The notes under the pieces are model-generated. The model saw only the letters and a program-made list of their open reading frames with translations. It searched no databases and was not told the DNA's origin. From Bordetella parapertussis (GTDB lineage: Bacteria > Pseudomonadota > Gammaproteobacteria > Burkholderiales > SG8-41), in assembly GCA_945864585.1 (NCBI GenBank), contig CAMBCF010000001.1, forward strand, positions 3,825 through 67,824: a stretch of 64,000 nt of DNA. Reading direction: 5' to 3'. Of the stretch, positions 1-8,371 are shown one piece after another (the first letter of the stretch is position 1; each line of letters begins with the position of its first letter). The translations under genes were made by a program, and so were the position numbers.

Positions 1-130
1 TGGCTTTTTCGGCGGCGGGCACGGTGTCTTCAAGGTCGAAGATGAAACCGTCGGCAGGCAAGGTATGCAGCTTGTCGAGCATACGCCGCTGATTGGCGGG
101 AACGAATAACAGACTGCGCCATAGATGCAT
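1..130 (-). CDS. HpcH/HpaI aldolase / citrate lyase beta (CitE)-like lyase, N-terminal part (runs off window)
   Basis: Reverse ATG at 130. Translation MHLWRSLLFVPANQRRMLDKLHTLPADGFIFDLEDTVPAAEKA fits the family N-terminus (LFVP...D..I.DLED). It lies downstream of a CoA-transferase on the same strand. Confidence 0.6.
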   Translation of the reverse strand, partial: MHLWRSLLFVPANQRRMLDKLHTLPADGFIFDLEDTVPAAEKA

Positions 131-165
131 GGGGTGCTCCTCAGTAGAGGTCAAGAACTTTTTTG

Positions 166-235
166 CCACAGATAAACACAGATTAAACCCGCTTTGTCTT
201 TGATCTTAAACGTGTAAATCTGTGTTCATCTGTGG
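166..235. repeat. Intergenic hairpin: 19-bp inverted repeat (1 mismatch), 32-nt loop
   Basis: ccacagataaacacagatt (166-184) pairs with aatctgtgttcatctgtgg (217-235). It lies between the CoA-transferase stop and the CitE-like start. Confidence 0.7.
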
Positions 236-252
236 CTAAATATTTTTTGTTC

Positions 253-1452
253 TTACTTCGCCAACATCACCACGCCCGCCTCGGCAAGCGCCGCAATCTG
301 CGCATCACTATGCCCCAGCTCGCGCAGTATCTGCGCCGAGTGCTGGCCCAGCAAAGGCGCGGGCAGCCGCAGGGTCGGGCTGTTGGCATCAAATAACACC
401 GGGTTACGCACCGCCGGTGTCTTGCCCATCACCGGATGCTCGATTTCCTGGAGTACGTTACGCGCCTTGATATGCGGGTCGTCGAACACGTCTTTGTAAT
501 CATTGACCAGCGAACACGGCACGCCCGCCTGCATCAGCAGGTGTTCGAGTTCAGCGGCGCTGCGCGATTGCACGGCGGGGGTGACCACATGCAGCAGGCC
601 TGGCTCGTTTTGTTTGCGCAACGCGTAGCTGACGAAGCGTGCATCGGTGAGATGACTTTCCAGTCCCAGCACCGTCATGAAGCGCTTGAACAATTCGTCG
701 TTGGGTGTTCCGATGGCGATGTATTTGGCGTCGCTGGTTTCAAACAGCTGGTAGGGCGCATTGAGCCGGTGTTGGTGGCCGAGGCGCACCGGCACATCGC
801 CGGTGGCGAGATAGTAGGCGGTTTCCCACGCTGCGGCCGAGATCGAGGCTTCGACCAGCGATACATCGGCGATGCGGCCGCCTTTGCCCTTCATTACGCT
901 GATGAGGCCGGTTAGCACGGCGTAGGTCGCGAACATCGCGCCGAAGATGTCGGCGGTTTGCAGGCCGGGGCGCATCGGCATGTCGCCGGGCGAGCCGGTG
1001 ACCGACAGCGCGCCGGAAAAGGCTTCGACGATCAGGTTGACGCCCGCGCGGCGGCGATAGGGCCCGGTCTGGCCGAAGCCGGATGCGGACACGTAAACGA
1101 TATCGGGATTGACCGCGCGCAGGTGTTGCGGTCCGAGGCCGACGCTTTCGAGCGCGCCAGGGCGATTGTTTTCCAGCAACACGTCACTTTTCCTGGCCAG
1201 CGCCAGCACCACATCGCGCGCGGCCTGCTGTTTGAGATCAAGCACCAGGCTGCGCTTGTTGCGATTGAGTGCGGCGAAGCTGGCGCTTTCGCCGTTGACC
1301 AATGGCGGCATGGCGCGCGTCTGATCACCACGCGTGGGACGCTCGATCTTGATCACATCCGCACCCATGTCGCCCAGCAGCATGCCGCAAAAAGGGCCGG
1401 CGATGAAGTTGCCCAATTCCAATACTTTGATGCCTTCCAGCGGTTGGGACAC
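253..1452 (-). CDS. Family III CoA-transferase (CaiB/BaiF type)
   Basis: N-terminus SQPLEGIKVLELGNFIAGPFCGMLLGDMGADVIKIERP is the classic family III signature. GTG start with AGGAG 8 nt upstream. Confidence 0.9.
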   Translation of the reverse strand: MSQPLEGIKVLELGNFIAGPFCGMLLGDMGADVIKIERPTRGDQTRAMPPLVNGESASFAALNRNKRSLVLDLKQQAARDVVLALARKSDVLLENNRPGALESVGLGPQHLRAVNPDIVYVSASGFGQTGPYRRRAGVNLIVEAFSGALSVTGSPGDMPMRPGLQTADIFGAMFATYAVLTGLISVMKGKGGRIADVSLVEASISAAAWETAYYLATGDVPVRLGHQHRLNAPYQLFETSDAKYIAIGTPNDELFKRFMTVLGLESHLTDARFVSYALRKQNEPGLLHVVTPAVQSRSAAELEHLLMQAGVPCSLVNDYKDVFDDPHIKARNVLQEIEHPVMGKTPAVRNPVLFDANSPTLRLPAPLLGQHSAQILRELGHSDAQIAALAEAGVVMLAK

Positions 1453-1552
1453 TACGCACTCCTGACACGAGACAGTTACTGATTATAAGCGGGCGCATCG
1501 TCAATGCGGACGGTCGCCGCGCCCGCGAACCGGGATGGCGTAAAATTCAAGC

Positions 1553-2530
1553 TTGAAATCCTTTATTGCATCGTTGTGTATGGTGTTCGCAGCCGCTGCC
1601 AACGCCGCACCCGCGCCTGACGCCACGACAAAATTTCCCCCGGGTTATCCCAGTAAGCCGATACGCCTGCTGGTATCCGGTGTTGGCGGCGCGGGTGATT
1701 TCGCCGGGCGTTTGATCGCAACGGAACTCACGCTGCGGCTCGGCCAGCAAGTCGTGATCGACAATCGCCCCGGCGGCGTCACGCCCGGCGAGATCCTGGT
1801 CAAAGCGCAGCCCGACGGTTACACCCTGATGATGGTGGGTTTCGTCATCTGGCTGTCGCCGTTCATGCGTGAGGGCGTGCCGTTTGATCCACTGCGTGAT
1901 TTCATGCCGGTGTCGCTGGCGATCAGCTCGCCCAATGTGCTGGTGGTGCATCCTTCGCTGCGCGTGAAATCGGTGCCGGATTTGATCGCACTCGCCAAAC
2001 AAAAACCCGGCGCACTCAACTATGGCGTGTCGGGCATCGGCAACTCCAATCACCTTGCCGGCGAAATGTTCAAGGCGATGACCGGTGTGAACATCGCAGC
2101 CGTGTATTACCGCGGCGCGGCGCTGGCATTGACCGATGTGGTGGGCGGCAGAGTCGAAATGATATTCGCTACCGCTAACGCCTCGGGCCCGCACGTTAGC
2201 GCGGGTCGCCTGATTGCGCTTGCGGTAACCTCCGCGCAGCCGTCGCCGGTAGCGCCGGGTCTGCCGACGGTGGCGTCCACGGGATTGCCCGGATACGAAT
2301 GCGCGGCAACCATAGGCATACTCGCGCGCGCGGGTACACCACTCGCCGTGGTGAATTTGCTGCATCGCGAAGTTGCGCGCTATTTGCACACGCCGCAAGC
2401 GAAAGAGCGTTTGCTCAGAGCGGGCATCGAAGCCGTCGGTAACACGCCCGCGGAATTCGCCGCGATTATGCGTGAGGACATGGCGCGCAAAGGCAAAATC
2501 ATCCGCGATGCGGGGATACGGATGGAGTAA
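1553..2530 (+). CDS. Bug-family (TctC-like) tripartite tricarboxylate transporter substrate-binding protein
   Basis: Signal peptide, then YPSKPIRLLV...GGAGD...LGQQVVIDNRPG and ...LNYGVSGIGNSNHLAGE motifs. TTG start. Confidence 0.9.
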   Translation: MKSFIASLCMVFAAAANAAPAPDATTKFPPGYPSKPIRLLVSGVGGAGDFAGRLIATELTLRLGQQVVIDNRPGGVTPGEILVKAQPDGYTLMMVGFVIWLSPFMREGVPFDPLRDFMPVSLAISSPNVLVVHPSLRVKSVPDLIALAKQKPGALNYGVSGIGNSNHLAGEMFKAMTGVNIAAVYYRGAALALTDVVGGRVEMIFATANASGPHVSAGRLIALAVTSAQPSPVAPGLPTVASTGLPGYECAATIGILARAGTPLAVVNLLHREVARYLHTPQAKERLLRAGIEAVGNTPAEFAAIMREDMARKGKIIRDAGIRME

Positions 2531-2539
2531 CTTCACAGC

Positions 2540-3724
2540 ATGACCACTCGCTACATTGCGCATCTCGATATGGATGCGTTCTACGCCTCCGTCGAATTGC
2601 TGCGCTATCCGCAACTGCGCGGGCAGCCCGCGGTGGTGGGGGGGCGGCGGCGCGGCGCCGAGCCTGTTTCGCCGGACGTATCGTTTCCCACGCTGCGCAC
2701 CTACAGCGGACGCGGCGTCATCACCACCGCTACTTACGAAGCACGCGCATTGGGCGTGCATTCGGGCATGGGCTTGATGAAGGCGGCAAAGCTCGCGCCC
2801 GATGCGTGGCTGCTGCCTGCGGATTTTGATCAATACCGGCGTTACTCGCGCCTGTTCAAGGAGGCCGTACGCGAGGTAGCGCCGCTGGTTGAAGATCGCG
2901 GCATCGACGAGATTTATATCGATCTCACCGCATTGGTAGCGCAAGGTGAGCCCAGCGATCCGTGGGCGCGCGCTCGCGAGATCGCGCTGCAACTGCAAAG
3001 CGCGGTGCGTGTCGCGACGGGCTTGTCGTGTTCAATTGGTGTCACACCCAACAAGCTGCTGTCGAAAATTGCCTCGGACCTGCACAAGCCCGGCGGCGTA
3101 ACGGTGCTAACCACGGACGACATACCTGCACGCATCTGGCCGCTGCCGGCGCGAAAGATCAACGGCATCGGCCCGAAAGCGAGTGCGCGGCTGGAAGCGC
3201 TGGGCATACGCACGGTCGGCGAGTTGGCCCGCGCCGATCCCGCGTTGCTGATCGAAAACTTCGGCAAAAATTACGGCGCGTGGATGCACGATGCGGCGCA
3301 CGGGCGCGACGCACGCGTGGTGGTCACCTACAGCGAACCCAAATCCATCAGCCGTGAAACCACCTTTGAGGATGATCTGCATGCGGTGCGCGATCGCGAA
3401 AAACTCTCGCGCATCTTCACGGATCTGTGCCTGCGCGTGGCGGATGATTTAAAGCGCAAAGGCGTGGTCGGCAAAACGATTGGTCTGAAACTGCGTTACG
3501 ACAATTTCAAAACGGTGACGCGTGATCGCACGATAGACGAGCCCACCGGTGATGCAGCGACCATACGCCGCGCGGCGGGCGAGTGTTTAAAGCGCGTGCC
3601 GCTGGACCGGCGCATACGCTTGCTGGGGGTGCGCGTGGGTGCTTTGAGTAAGCCCGGTGCGCCCAGGGTCAGCGCGAAATCAGCGCCTGCCACGCCTGCG
3701 CCAATGCTGTTTGATGATATGTAA
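2540..3724 (+). CDS. dinB: DNA polymerase IV (Y-family)
   Basis: IAHLDMDAFYASVE catalytic motif, SCSIGVTPNKLLSKIASD, and typical length of 394 aa. Confidence 0.93.
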   Translation: MTTRYIAHLDMDAFYASVELLRYPQLRGQPAVVGGRRRGAEPVSPDVSFPTLRTYSGRGVITTATYEARALGVHSGMGLMKAAKLAPDAWLLPADFDQYRRYSRLFKEAVREVAPLVEDRGIDEIYIDLTALVAQGEPSDPWARAREIALQLQSAVRVATGLSCSIGVTPNKLLSKIASDLHKPGGVTVLTTDDIPARIWPLPARKINGIGPKASARLEALGIRTVGELARADPALLIENFGKNYGAWMHDAAHGRDARVVVTYSEPKSISRETTFEDDLHAVRDREKLSRIFTDLCLRVADDLKRKGVVGKTIGLKLRYDNFKTVTRDRTIDEPTGDAATIRRAAGECLKRVPLDRRIRLLGVRVGALSKPGAPRVSAKSAPATPAPMLFDDM

Positions 3725-3740
3725 CTATTTGTTTTTAATA
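3722..3740 (+). promoter_or_regulatory. AT-rich box copy 1 (TAACTATTTGTTTTTAATA)
   Basis: Member of a 9-copy conserved box. Its TAA is the dinB stop codon. It lies in the 23-nt dinB-MATE spacer. Confidence 0.5.
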
Positions 3741-3747
3741 ATCTTTT

Positions 3748-5067
3748 TTGACTACCACAACATCACGCACCAGCACCCACCGCCAAGTGTGGGCGATGGC
3801 GTGGCCGATCATCCTCGCCAATATCACGGTACCGCTACTGGGCGCGGTCGATACGGCCGTTGTCGGGCACCTGCCGGAACCCTATTACATCGGCGCGGTG
3901 GCGATCGGTGCGATGCTGTTCAACTACATCTACCACCTGTTCAACTGCCTGCGCATGGGCACCACCGCGCCCACGGCGCAGGCGCGCGGCGCGGGCGACT
4001 ACCCGCAAGTGCGTGCGATGATTGCCCGCGCACTGCTGCTGGCGGGGGTCATTGGCAGCGTGATCATTGTGCTGCAACTGCCGATCATCAACTTCGCGTT
4101 CTGGATTATCAAAGCCAGCGCTCAGGTCGAACACTACGCGCGCGAGTATTTTTTGATCCGAGTGTGGTCGATGCCGGCGGTGCTCGGCTCCTACGCCATC
4201 ATCGGCTGGTTTTATGGTCTGCGCAATGTGCGCACGCCGCTGCTGATACAGGTATTTGTCAATTGCCTGAATATCGTGCTGGCGCTGGTTTTTGTGTTTG
4301 TGTTTCACTGGGACGTGCCTGGTGTTGCCGCAGCGTCGCTGATCGCCGAATATATGGGCCTGCTGATCGGACTGTACTGCGTGTGGCGCACCTTGCGTGA
4401 ACTGCCGGACGATGGCAAGCGCGCCAGGCTGCTTGACCCCGCGCAACTCAAACGCATGGTGACGATCAACGGCGATATCGTATTGCGCACCATCTGCGTG
4501 GTCTCAGTGCTGGGCTTTTTCATGGCGAAAAGCGCCGAACTTGGCGATGTGCAATTGGCGGCCAATCAGGTATTGCATCATTTTCTGATCTTTACCTCCT
4601 ATGCGCTCGACGGCGTAGCACATGCCGCCGAAGCCATACTCGGCGAATCGGTGGGGCGGCGTGACCGCGCAGCGTTTATGCATGACAGGCGCGTGGTGTT
4701 CCTGTGGTCTGGTGTGGTGGGTTTAATCAACATCGTGATTTACGCCGTGGCGGGGCATGCCATCATCGCGCTGATGACCAGTATTCCCGAAGTGCGCGCA
4801 GCGGCTGCAAGCTACCTGTGGTGGCCGGTGCTGATGCCGCTGGCGTCGGTGTGGGCGTACACCTACGACGGTGTTTATCTGGCCGCCACACGCACGCGCA
4901 TCATGCGCAACACCGTGATCGCCTCGTTCATGATATTTTTGACCTTGCTTTATACCCTGATGCCTTTAATCGGCAACGCGGGATTGTGGATCGCGGTCGG
5001 TGGTTTTCTGGCGGGGCGCGGCGTGTTGCTGCATATTTTCTATCCGCGTGTGTTGCGGGCGATTTGA
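3748..5067 (+). CDS. dinF: MATE family efflux transporter, DinF-like
   Basis: 12-TM-like hydrophobic profile. N-terminal WPIILANITVPLLGAVDTAVVGHL is typical of DinF-type MATE proteins. It sits directly after dinB. TTG start. Confidence 0.8.
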   Translation: MTTTTSRTSTHRQVWAMAWPIILANITVPLLGAVDTAVVGHLPEPYYIGAVAIGAMLFNYIYHLFNCLRMGTTAPTAQARGAGDYPQVRAMIARALLLAGVIGSVIIVLQLPIINFAFWIIKASAQVEHYAREYFLIRVWSMPAVLGSYAIIGWFYGLRNVRTPLLIQVFVNCLNIVLALVFVFVFHWDVPGVAAASLIAEYMGLLIGLYCVWRTLRELPDDGKRARLLDPAQLKRMVTINGDIVLRTICVVSVLGFFMAKSAELGDVQLAANQVLHHFLIFTSYALDGVAHAAEAILGESVGRRDRAAFMHDRRVVFLWSGVVGLINIVIYAVAGHAIIALMTSIPEVRAAAASYLWWPVLMPLASVWAYTYDGVYLAATRTRIMRNTVIASFMIFLTLLYTLMPLIGNAGLWIAVGGFLAGRGVLLHIFYPRVLRAI

Positions 5068-5308
5068 CCCACCGCGGCAACTACGCAAGCGCGCGCTCAA
5101 GTCACCGGAGATCGTTGAGGCATTGAACGCAGACTCGGGCGGATCTATTTTGTGCGCCCTTAACGTCTTGGTGAACGGCGGTCAGCGATGATCATCGATT
5201 TTGCCGCGGCGCTGGCGGCCCGTCCGTTCCACCTAAACACCCAATCTACACCACCGGCATGCGCCAATACGACGGCAGGACGCAGCTTGGACGAAGAAAG
5301 ATCCGAGA

Positions 5309-5479
5309 ATGGGAAACGAACGAAAACGACTAAACCCGGGGCAAGTGCTCAAGCCAGTGGCAACCACAACGCTCGATGAAGTCATCGGCTGCACCGGCTA
5401 CACCGGCAATGCCCATAGCATTGAGGACATGGATGCAGCCATTACCGCGGGAATAAAGTCTCGCCATGCGCGCGGTTGA
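5309..5479 (+). pseudogene. Remnant of an AbrB/SpoVT-type antitoxin (C-terminal part only)
   Basis: 56-codon ORF below the track cutoff. ...TLDEVIGCTGYTGNAHSIEDMDAAITAGIKSR resembles the C-terminal tail of VapB-like antitoxins. The N-terminal DNA-binding part is absent. It overlaps the following PIN fragment by 14 nt. Confidence 0.4.
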
Positions 5480-5597
5480 TAGCAACGTATTGGTAAGGTT
5501 GCTCACGGAGGACGATGTTGCGCAAACGAAGCGCGCTGCAGCGCTTTTTAAGAAATCAGCGCCCGGGGAAATTAAGTCATCGATTTTGCTGCTGTAA
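5466..5597 (+). pseudogene. Truncated PIN-domain (VapC-like) toxin, first ~40 codons only
   Basis: MRAVDSNVLVRLLTEDDVAQTKRAAALF matches the PIN N-terminus (first acidic residue D5) and then stops after 43 aa. Full-length members are about 130-140 aa. Confidence 0.6.
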
Positions 5598-5620
5598 TCC
5601 GATGTAGTAAGTAGGGCGCA

Positions 5621-5706
5621 ATCCCTATTGCGCCACAGGGCTGCTTTGCGATTTGCGTTCGGCGCAATGGGACAAGGGAACACTTGAAGCGAAGCATTGC
5701 GCCCTA
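5621..5706. repeat. REPIN-like structured element with GTAG...CTAC termini
   Basis: gtagggcgcaat (5621-5632) pairs with attgcgccctac (5695-5706). It contains a 22-mer, ggacaagggaacacttgaagcg (5670-5691), whose exact reverse complement recurs at 8310-8331. Confidence 0.6.
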
Positions 5707-6348
5707 CGCCGCCTTCGCAAACTCGTCCATCACCCGCTTTTCATGCGCAACCAGCTTCTGCACGCTGGCGCGTTGCTGCATGCGCTCGCAATGCGCCATG
5801 CAGTTCCTGAACTGCGACAGCTCGAGCTTGAACGAAACCGCGCGCCGGAAGCACCAGAAGAAATACGCGTCGGGTGCAGTGAAATGATCGAAGAACCACT
5901 CGCGCCCTGCGAGCAGGTTTTCCACCACAGCAAAGTCTTCGAACAGCAGCTTGTTGCCGACGCGTTTGACACTTTCCGCCGAGCCGGGCAGGTCGCAGTA
6001 GTTTTCGGGGCGCGCGTTGGGCGTGAGATGCGGATGGATGCCGGAACCGAAAAAAGACATCAGAGACAGCGCCTTGATTTCCAGCGCCGGGTCGGTGGGC
6101 AGCAGTTTTGCCGCCGGAAAATGGCGTGCAATCCACACTTGCAGCGCCAGATTTTCGGTGAGCGCTTCGCCATCGATAATCAGCACCGGCACTTTGTGCT
6201 TGGGGTTGAGCCGCAGAAACTCCGGCGACTTCAACTGGCCTGCGCGGGAATTCAGATTTTGCACTTCGAAATCTGCACCGGCTTCAGTGAGGGTGATAAA
6301 TGGCACGGTGGCGCAGGTTTGCGGGGCGTAGCAGAGCGTGAGTTTCAT
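5704..6348 (-). CDS. Glutathione S-transferase
   Basis: MKLTLCYAP...LNPKHKVPVLIIDGEALTENLALQVWIA is a thioredoxin-like N-domain, followed by a helical C-domain. Confidence 0.9.
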   Translation of the reverse strand: MKLTLCYAPQTCATVPFITLTEAGADFEVQNLNSRAGQLKSPEFLRLNPKHKVPVLIIDGEALTENLALQVWIARHFPAAKLLPTDPALEIKALSLMSFFGSGIHPHLTPNARPENYCDLPGSAESVKRVGNKLLFEDFAVVENLLAGREWFFDHFTAPDAYFFWCFRRAVSFKLELSQFRNCMAHCERMQQRASVQKLVAHEKRVMDEFAKAA

Positions 6349-6490
6349 GGCGGGATCTTCCGGGAATTGTTTGCGTTGTAAACCATCGCTGCCGTTCCCG
6401 CCCTCGAATGCTTTAATCGGGGGCGGAAATGACAGAGGAGATATTTACGCATGTTAAGCCAAATCCACGAGTTCGAGCTATAGTCACCAC

Positions 6491-7450
6491 ATGAAATGTT
6501 TCGCCCTTTGTCTCGCTCTGGTTGCGCCATTAAGCGCAGTGACCGCTGCCGAAAAATTCCCCACGCGCCCGATCCGTCTGATTATTCCCAGCGGCGCAGG
6601 CGGCATTACCGACATCCTCGCGCGCAATATCGCGCCCAAGTTGAGTGACGCGCTGGGGCAGCAGGTGGTCATCGACAACCGGCCCGGCGCCAGCGGCATC
6701 GTCGGCTCGTTGATCGTCGCCAAGTCCGCAGCGGATGGGCATACGCTGCTGATGGCGTTTCCATCGCATGTGGTGAATCAGAGCCTGTTTCCCGATATGC
6801 CCTACGACACCGCCACCGCCTTCGCGCCGGTCACTCTGGTGAGCGCGGTGTCGCCGGTGTTGATCGTCGGCAGCCAGTCTCCGGCGCGCTCGGTGGCGGA
6901 ACTTATTGCGTTGGCGAAGGCCAGGCCGGGGCAGCTTAATCACGGCTCAACCGGCGCCGGCAGCATGGGTTCGCTGGGAGCGGATTTATTTGGTGCTATG
7001 GCGGGCATCAAATTCACGCAGGTGGTGTACAAGGGCGCACCGCAGGCACTGACCGCGCTGATGTCGGGTGAAATTGAATTTTATCTGATCGGTTCGGTGG
7101 GCACGGCGGTAGCGCAGGTGAAGGCGGGCCGTATACGCGCGCTGGGCGTCGGCGCGAAACAGCGCAATGCATCGTTGCCGGATGTGCCGCCGATTGCCGA
7201 CACGCTGCCGGGTTACGAGGCGCGCGGCTGGAACGGCATACTCGCGCCGGCTGGCACGCCACGCGCCATCGTTGAGCGGCTCAATCAGACGCTGGTAAAA
7301 ATTATTCGCTCGCCTGACATGGCGCCGGCGCTGGCGGGTGAAGGCGCGATTGCGGTCGGCAACACGCCTGCTGAATTCGACGCGATCATCCGCGCGGACA
7401 TTGCGAAGTGGGCGAAGATCATCAGCGACAGCAAATCCCGCTCTAAATAA
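6491..7450 (+). CDS. Bug-family (TctC-like) substrate-binding protein
   Basis: Signal peptide, FPTRPIRLIIPSGAGGITD, LGQQVVIDNRPGASG. Confidence 0.9.
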   Translation: MKCFALCLALVAPLSAVTAAEKFPTRPIRLIIPSGAGGITDILARNIAPKLSDALGQQVVIDNRPGASGIVGSLIVAKSAADGHTLLMAFPSHVVNQSLFPDMPYDTATAFAPVTLVSAVSPVLIVGSQSPARSVAELIALAKARPGQLNHGSTGAGSMGSLGADLFGAMAGIKFTQVVYKGAPQALTALMSGEIEFYLIGSVGTAVAQVKAGRIRALGVGAKQRNASLPDVPPIADTLPGYEARGWNGILAPAGTPRAIVERLNQTLVKIIRSPDMAPALAGEGAIAVGNTPAEFDAIIRADIAKWAKIISDSKSRSK

Positions 7451-7455
7451 TTTAT

Positions 7456-7475
7456 TCAATAAAAACAATGCCTTA
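7456..7475 (-). promoter_or_regulatory. AT-rich box copy 2 (TAAGGCATTGTTTTTATTGA on minus strand)
   Basis: Lies between the Bug stop (7450) and the hydrolase ATG (7468). The ATG lies inside the box. Confidence 0.5.
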
Positions 7476-8268
7476 CATTGCCGCAGCAGAGTGCAGGCTG
7501 TACTACGAAATCCACGACTACAGCGATCCGTGGACCACGCCGGAATCCGTGCTGCTGATCCACGGCTTCACCGAAAGCACGCCCGCGTGGCGGGCGTGGG
7601 TGCCGCATCTGGCGCGGCGCTATCGCGTGATCCGTTTTGATCAGCAGGGCTTCGGGCGATCGAGCTCGGTGCCGGATGAATCTGCATTCAGCACGCGAAA
7701 GTTTGTTGATCATGCGGCAAAACTCATCAGCGAATTTGGGGGCGGGCGCGCGCATGTGATCGGCGCCAAAAGCGGCGGGTTGGTCACGATTGAACTTGCC
7801 CGTCTCAAACCGGAGTTGGTGAGAACCATCACACTCGCCTCTGTGCCGCTGGCGCCGCCGCAGCCGCAACAATGGTTGCAGCACATGGAGACGCATGGCG
7901 TAAAAAGCTGGGCGCGCGACACCATGCCGCCGCGTCTCGGCAGCCGCATGCCGCCGGAAGGGTTCGAGTGGTGGGTCGATCTGATGGGGTCCACCCGCAT
8001 AGAAACGGCGCGCGCCTACATGCGCTGGGTGAGCAACATCGACGTCGGCGCCACGCTGCATGAAGTGAAGTGCCCCGCGCTGGTGATTACCACTGAGTCA
8101 CCGCGCCGTGGCTACAGCCGTAGCGATAGCGATTTATATCGCGAGAAATTGCCGCAGGCGGAAATTGTCGCGCTGGCGGTGGATGGTTATCACGTGGGCG
8201 CCACCGACCCGGATGAATGTGCGCGGATTACTTTAGATTTTCTGGCGCGGCATGGCGAGCGTATATAG
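7468..8268 (+). CDS. Alpha/beta-fold hydrolase
   Basis: LLIHGFTES..., nucleophile elbow HVIGAKSGG, 266 aa. Confidence 0.85.
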   Translation: MPYIAAAECRLYYEIHDYSDPWTTPESVLLIHGFTESTPAWRAWVPHLARRYRVIRFDQQGFGRSSSVPDESAFSTRKFVDHAAKLISEFGGGRAHVIGAKSGGLVTIELARLKPELVRTITLASVPLAPPQPQQWLQHMETHGVKSWARDTMPPRLGSRMPPEGFEWWVDLMGSTRIETARAYMRWVSNIDVGATLHEVKCPALVITTESPRRGYSRSDSDLYREKLPQAEIVALAVDGYHVGATDPDECARITLDFLARHGERI

Positions 8269-8299
8269 CGACGCGACCATGCACGCCCCCTCACCCTAA

Positions 8300-8368
8300 C
8301 CCTCTGCTCCGCTTCAAGTGTTCCCTTGTCCCCGTAAACGGGGCGAGGGAACTTGATTGTGAAGGGTG
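8300..8368. repeat. REP-like imperfect hairpin between convergent genes
   Basis: cgcttcaagtgttcccttgtccccg / cggggcgagggaacttgattgtgaag arms. It shares an exact 22-mer with the 5621-5706 element. Confidence 0.5.
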
Positions 8369-8371
8369 TTC

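Noticed and set aside
245-262. Possible tenth AT-rich box at the CoA-transferase stop (taaatattttttgttctta)
   Set aside because: It is T-rich and adjacent to a stop codon, but it does not align in register with the TAA-N3/4-TTGTTTTTAWTA consensus.
1547-2998. 483-aa minus-strand ORF
   Set aside because: It is antisense to the Bug-family gene and dinB, both of which have clear family motifs. It shows the typical GC-rich antisense composition (R/A/G/H rich).
5188-5379. 63-aa ORF upstream of the vapBC remnant
   Set aside because: It has no start context and no similarity that I can recognise. It overlaps the better-supported antitoxin-tail frame.
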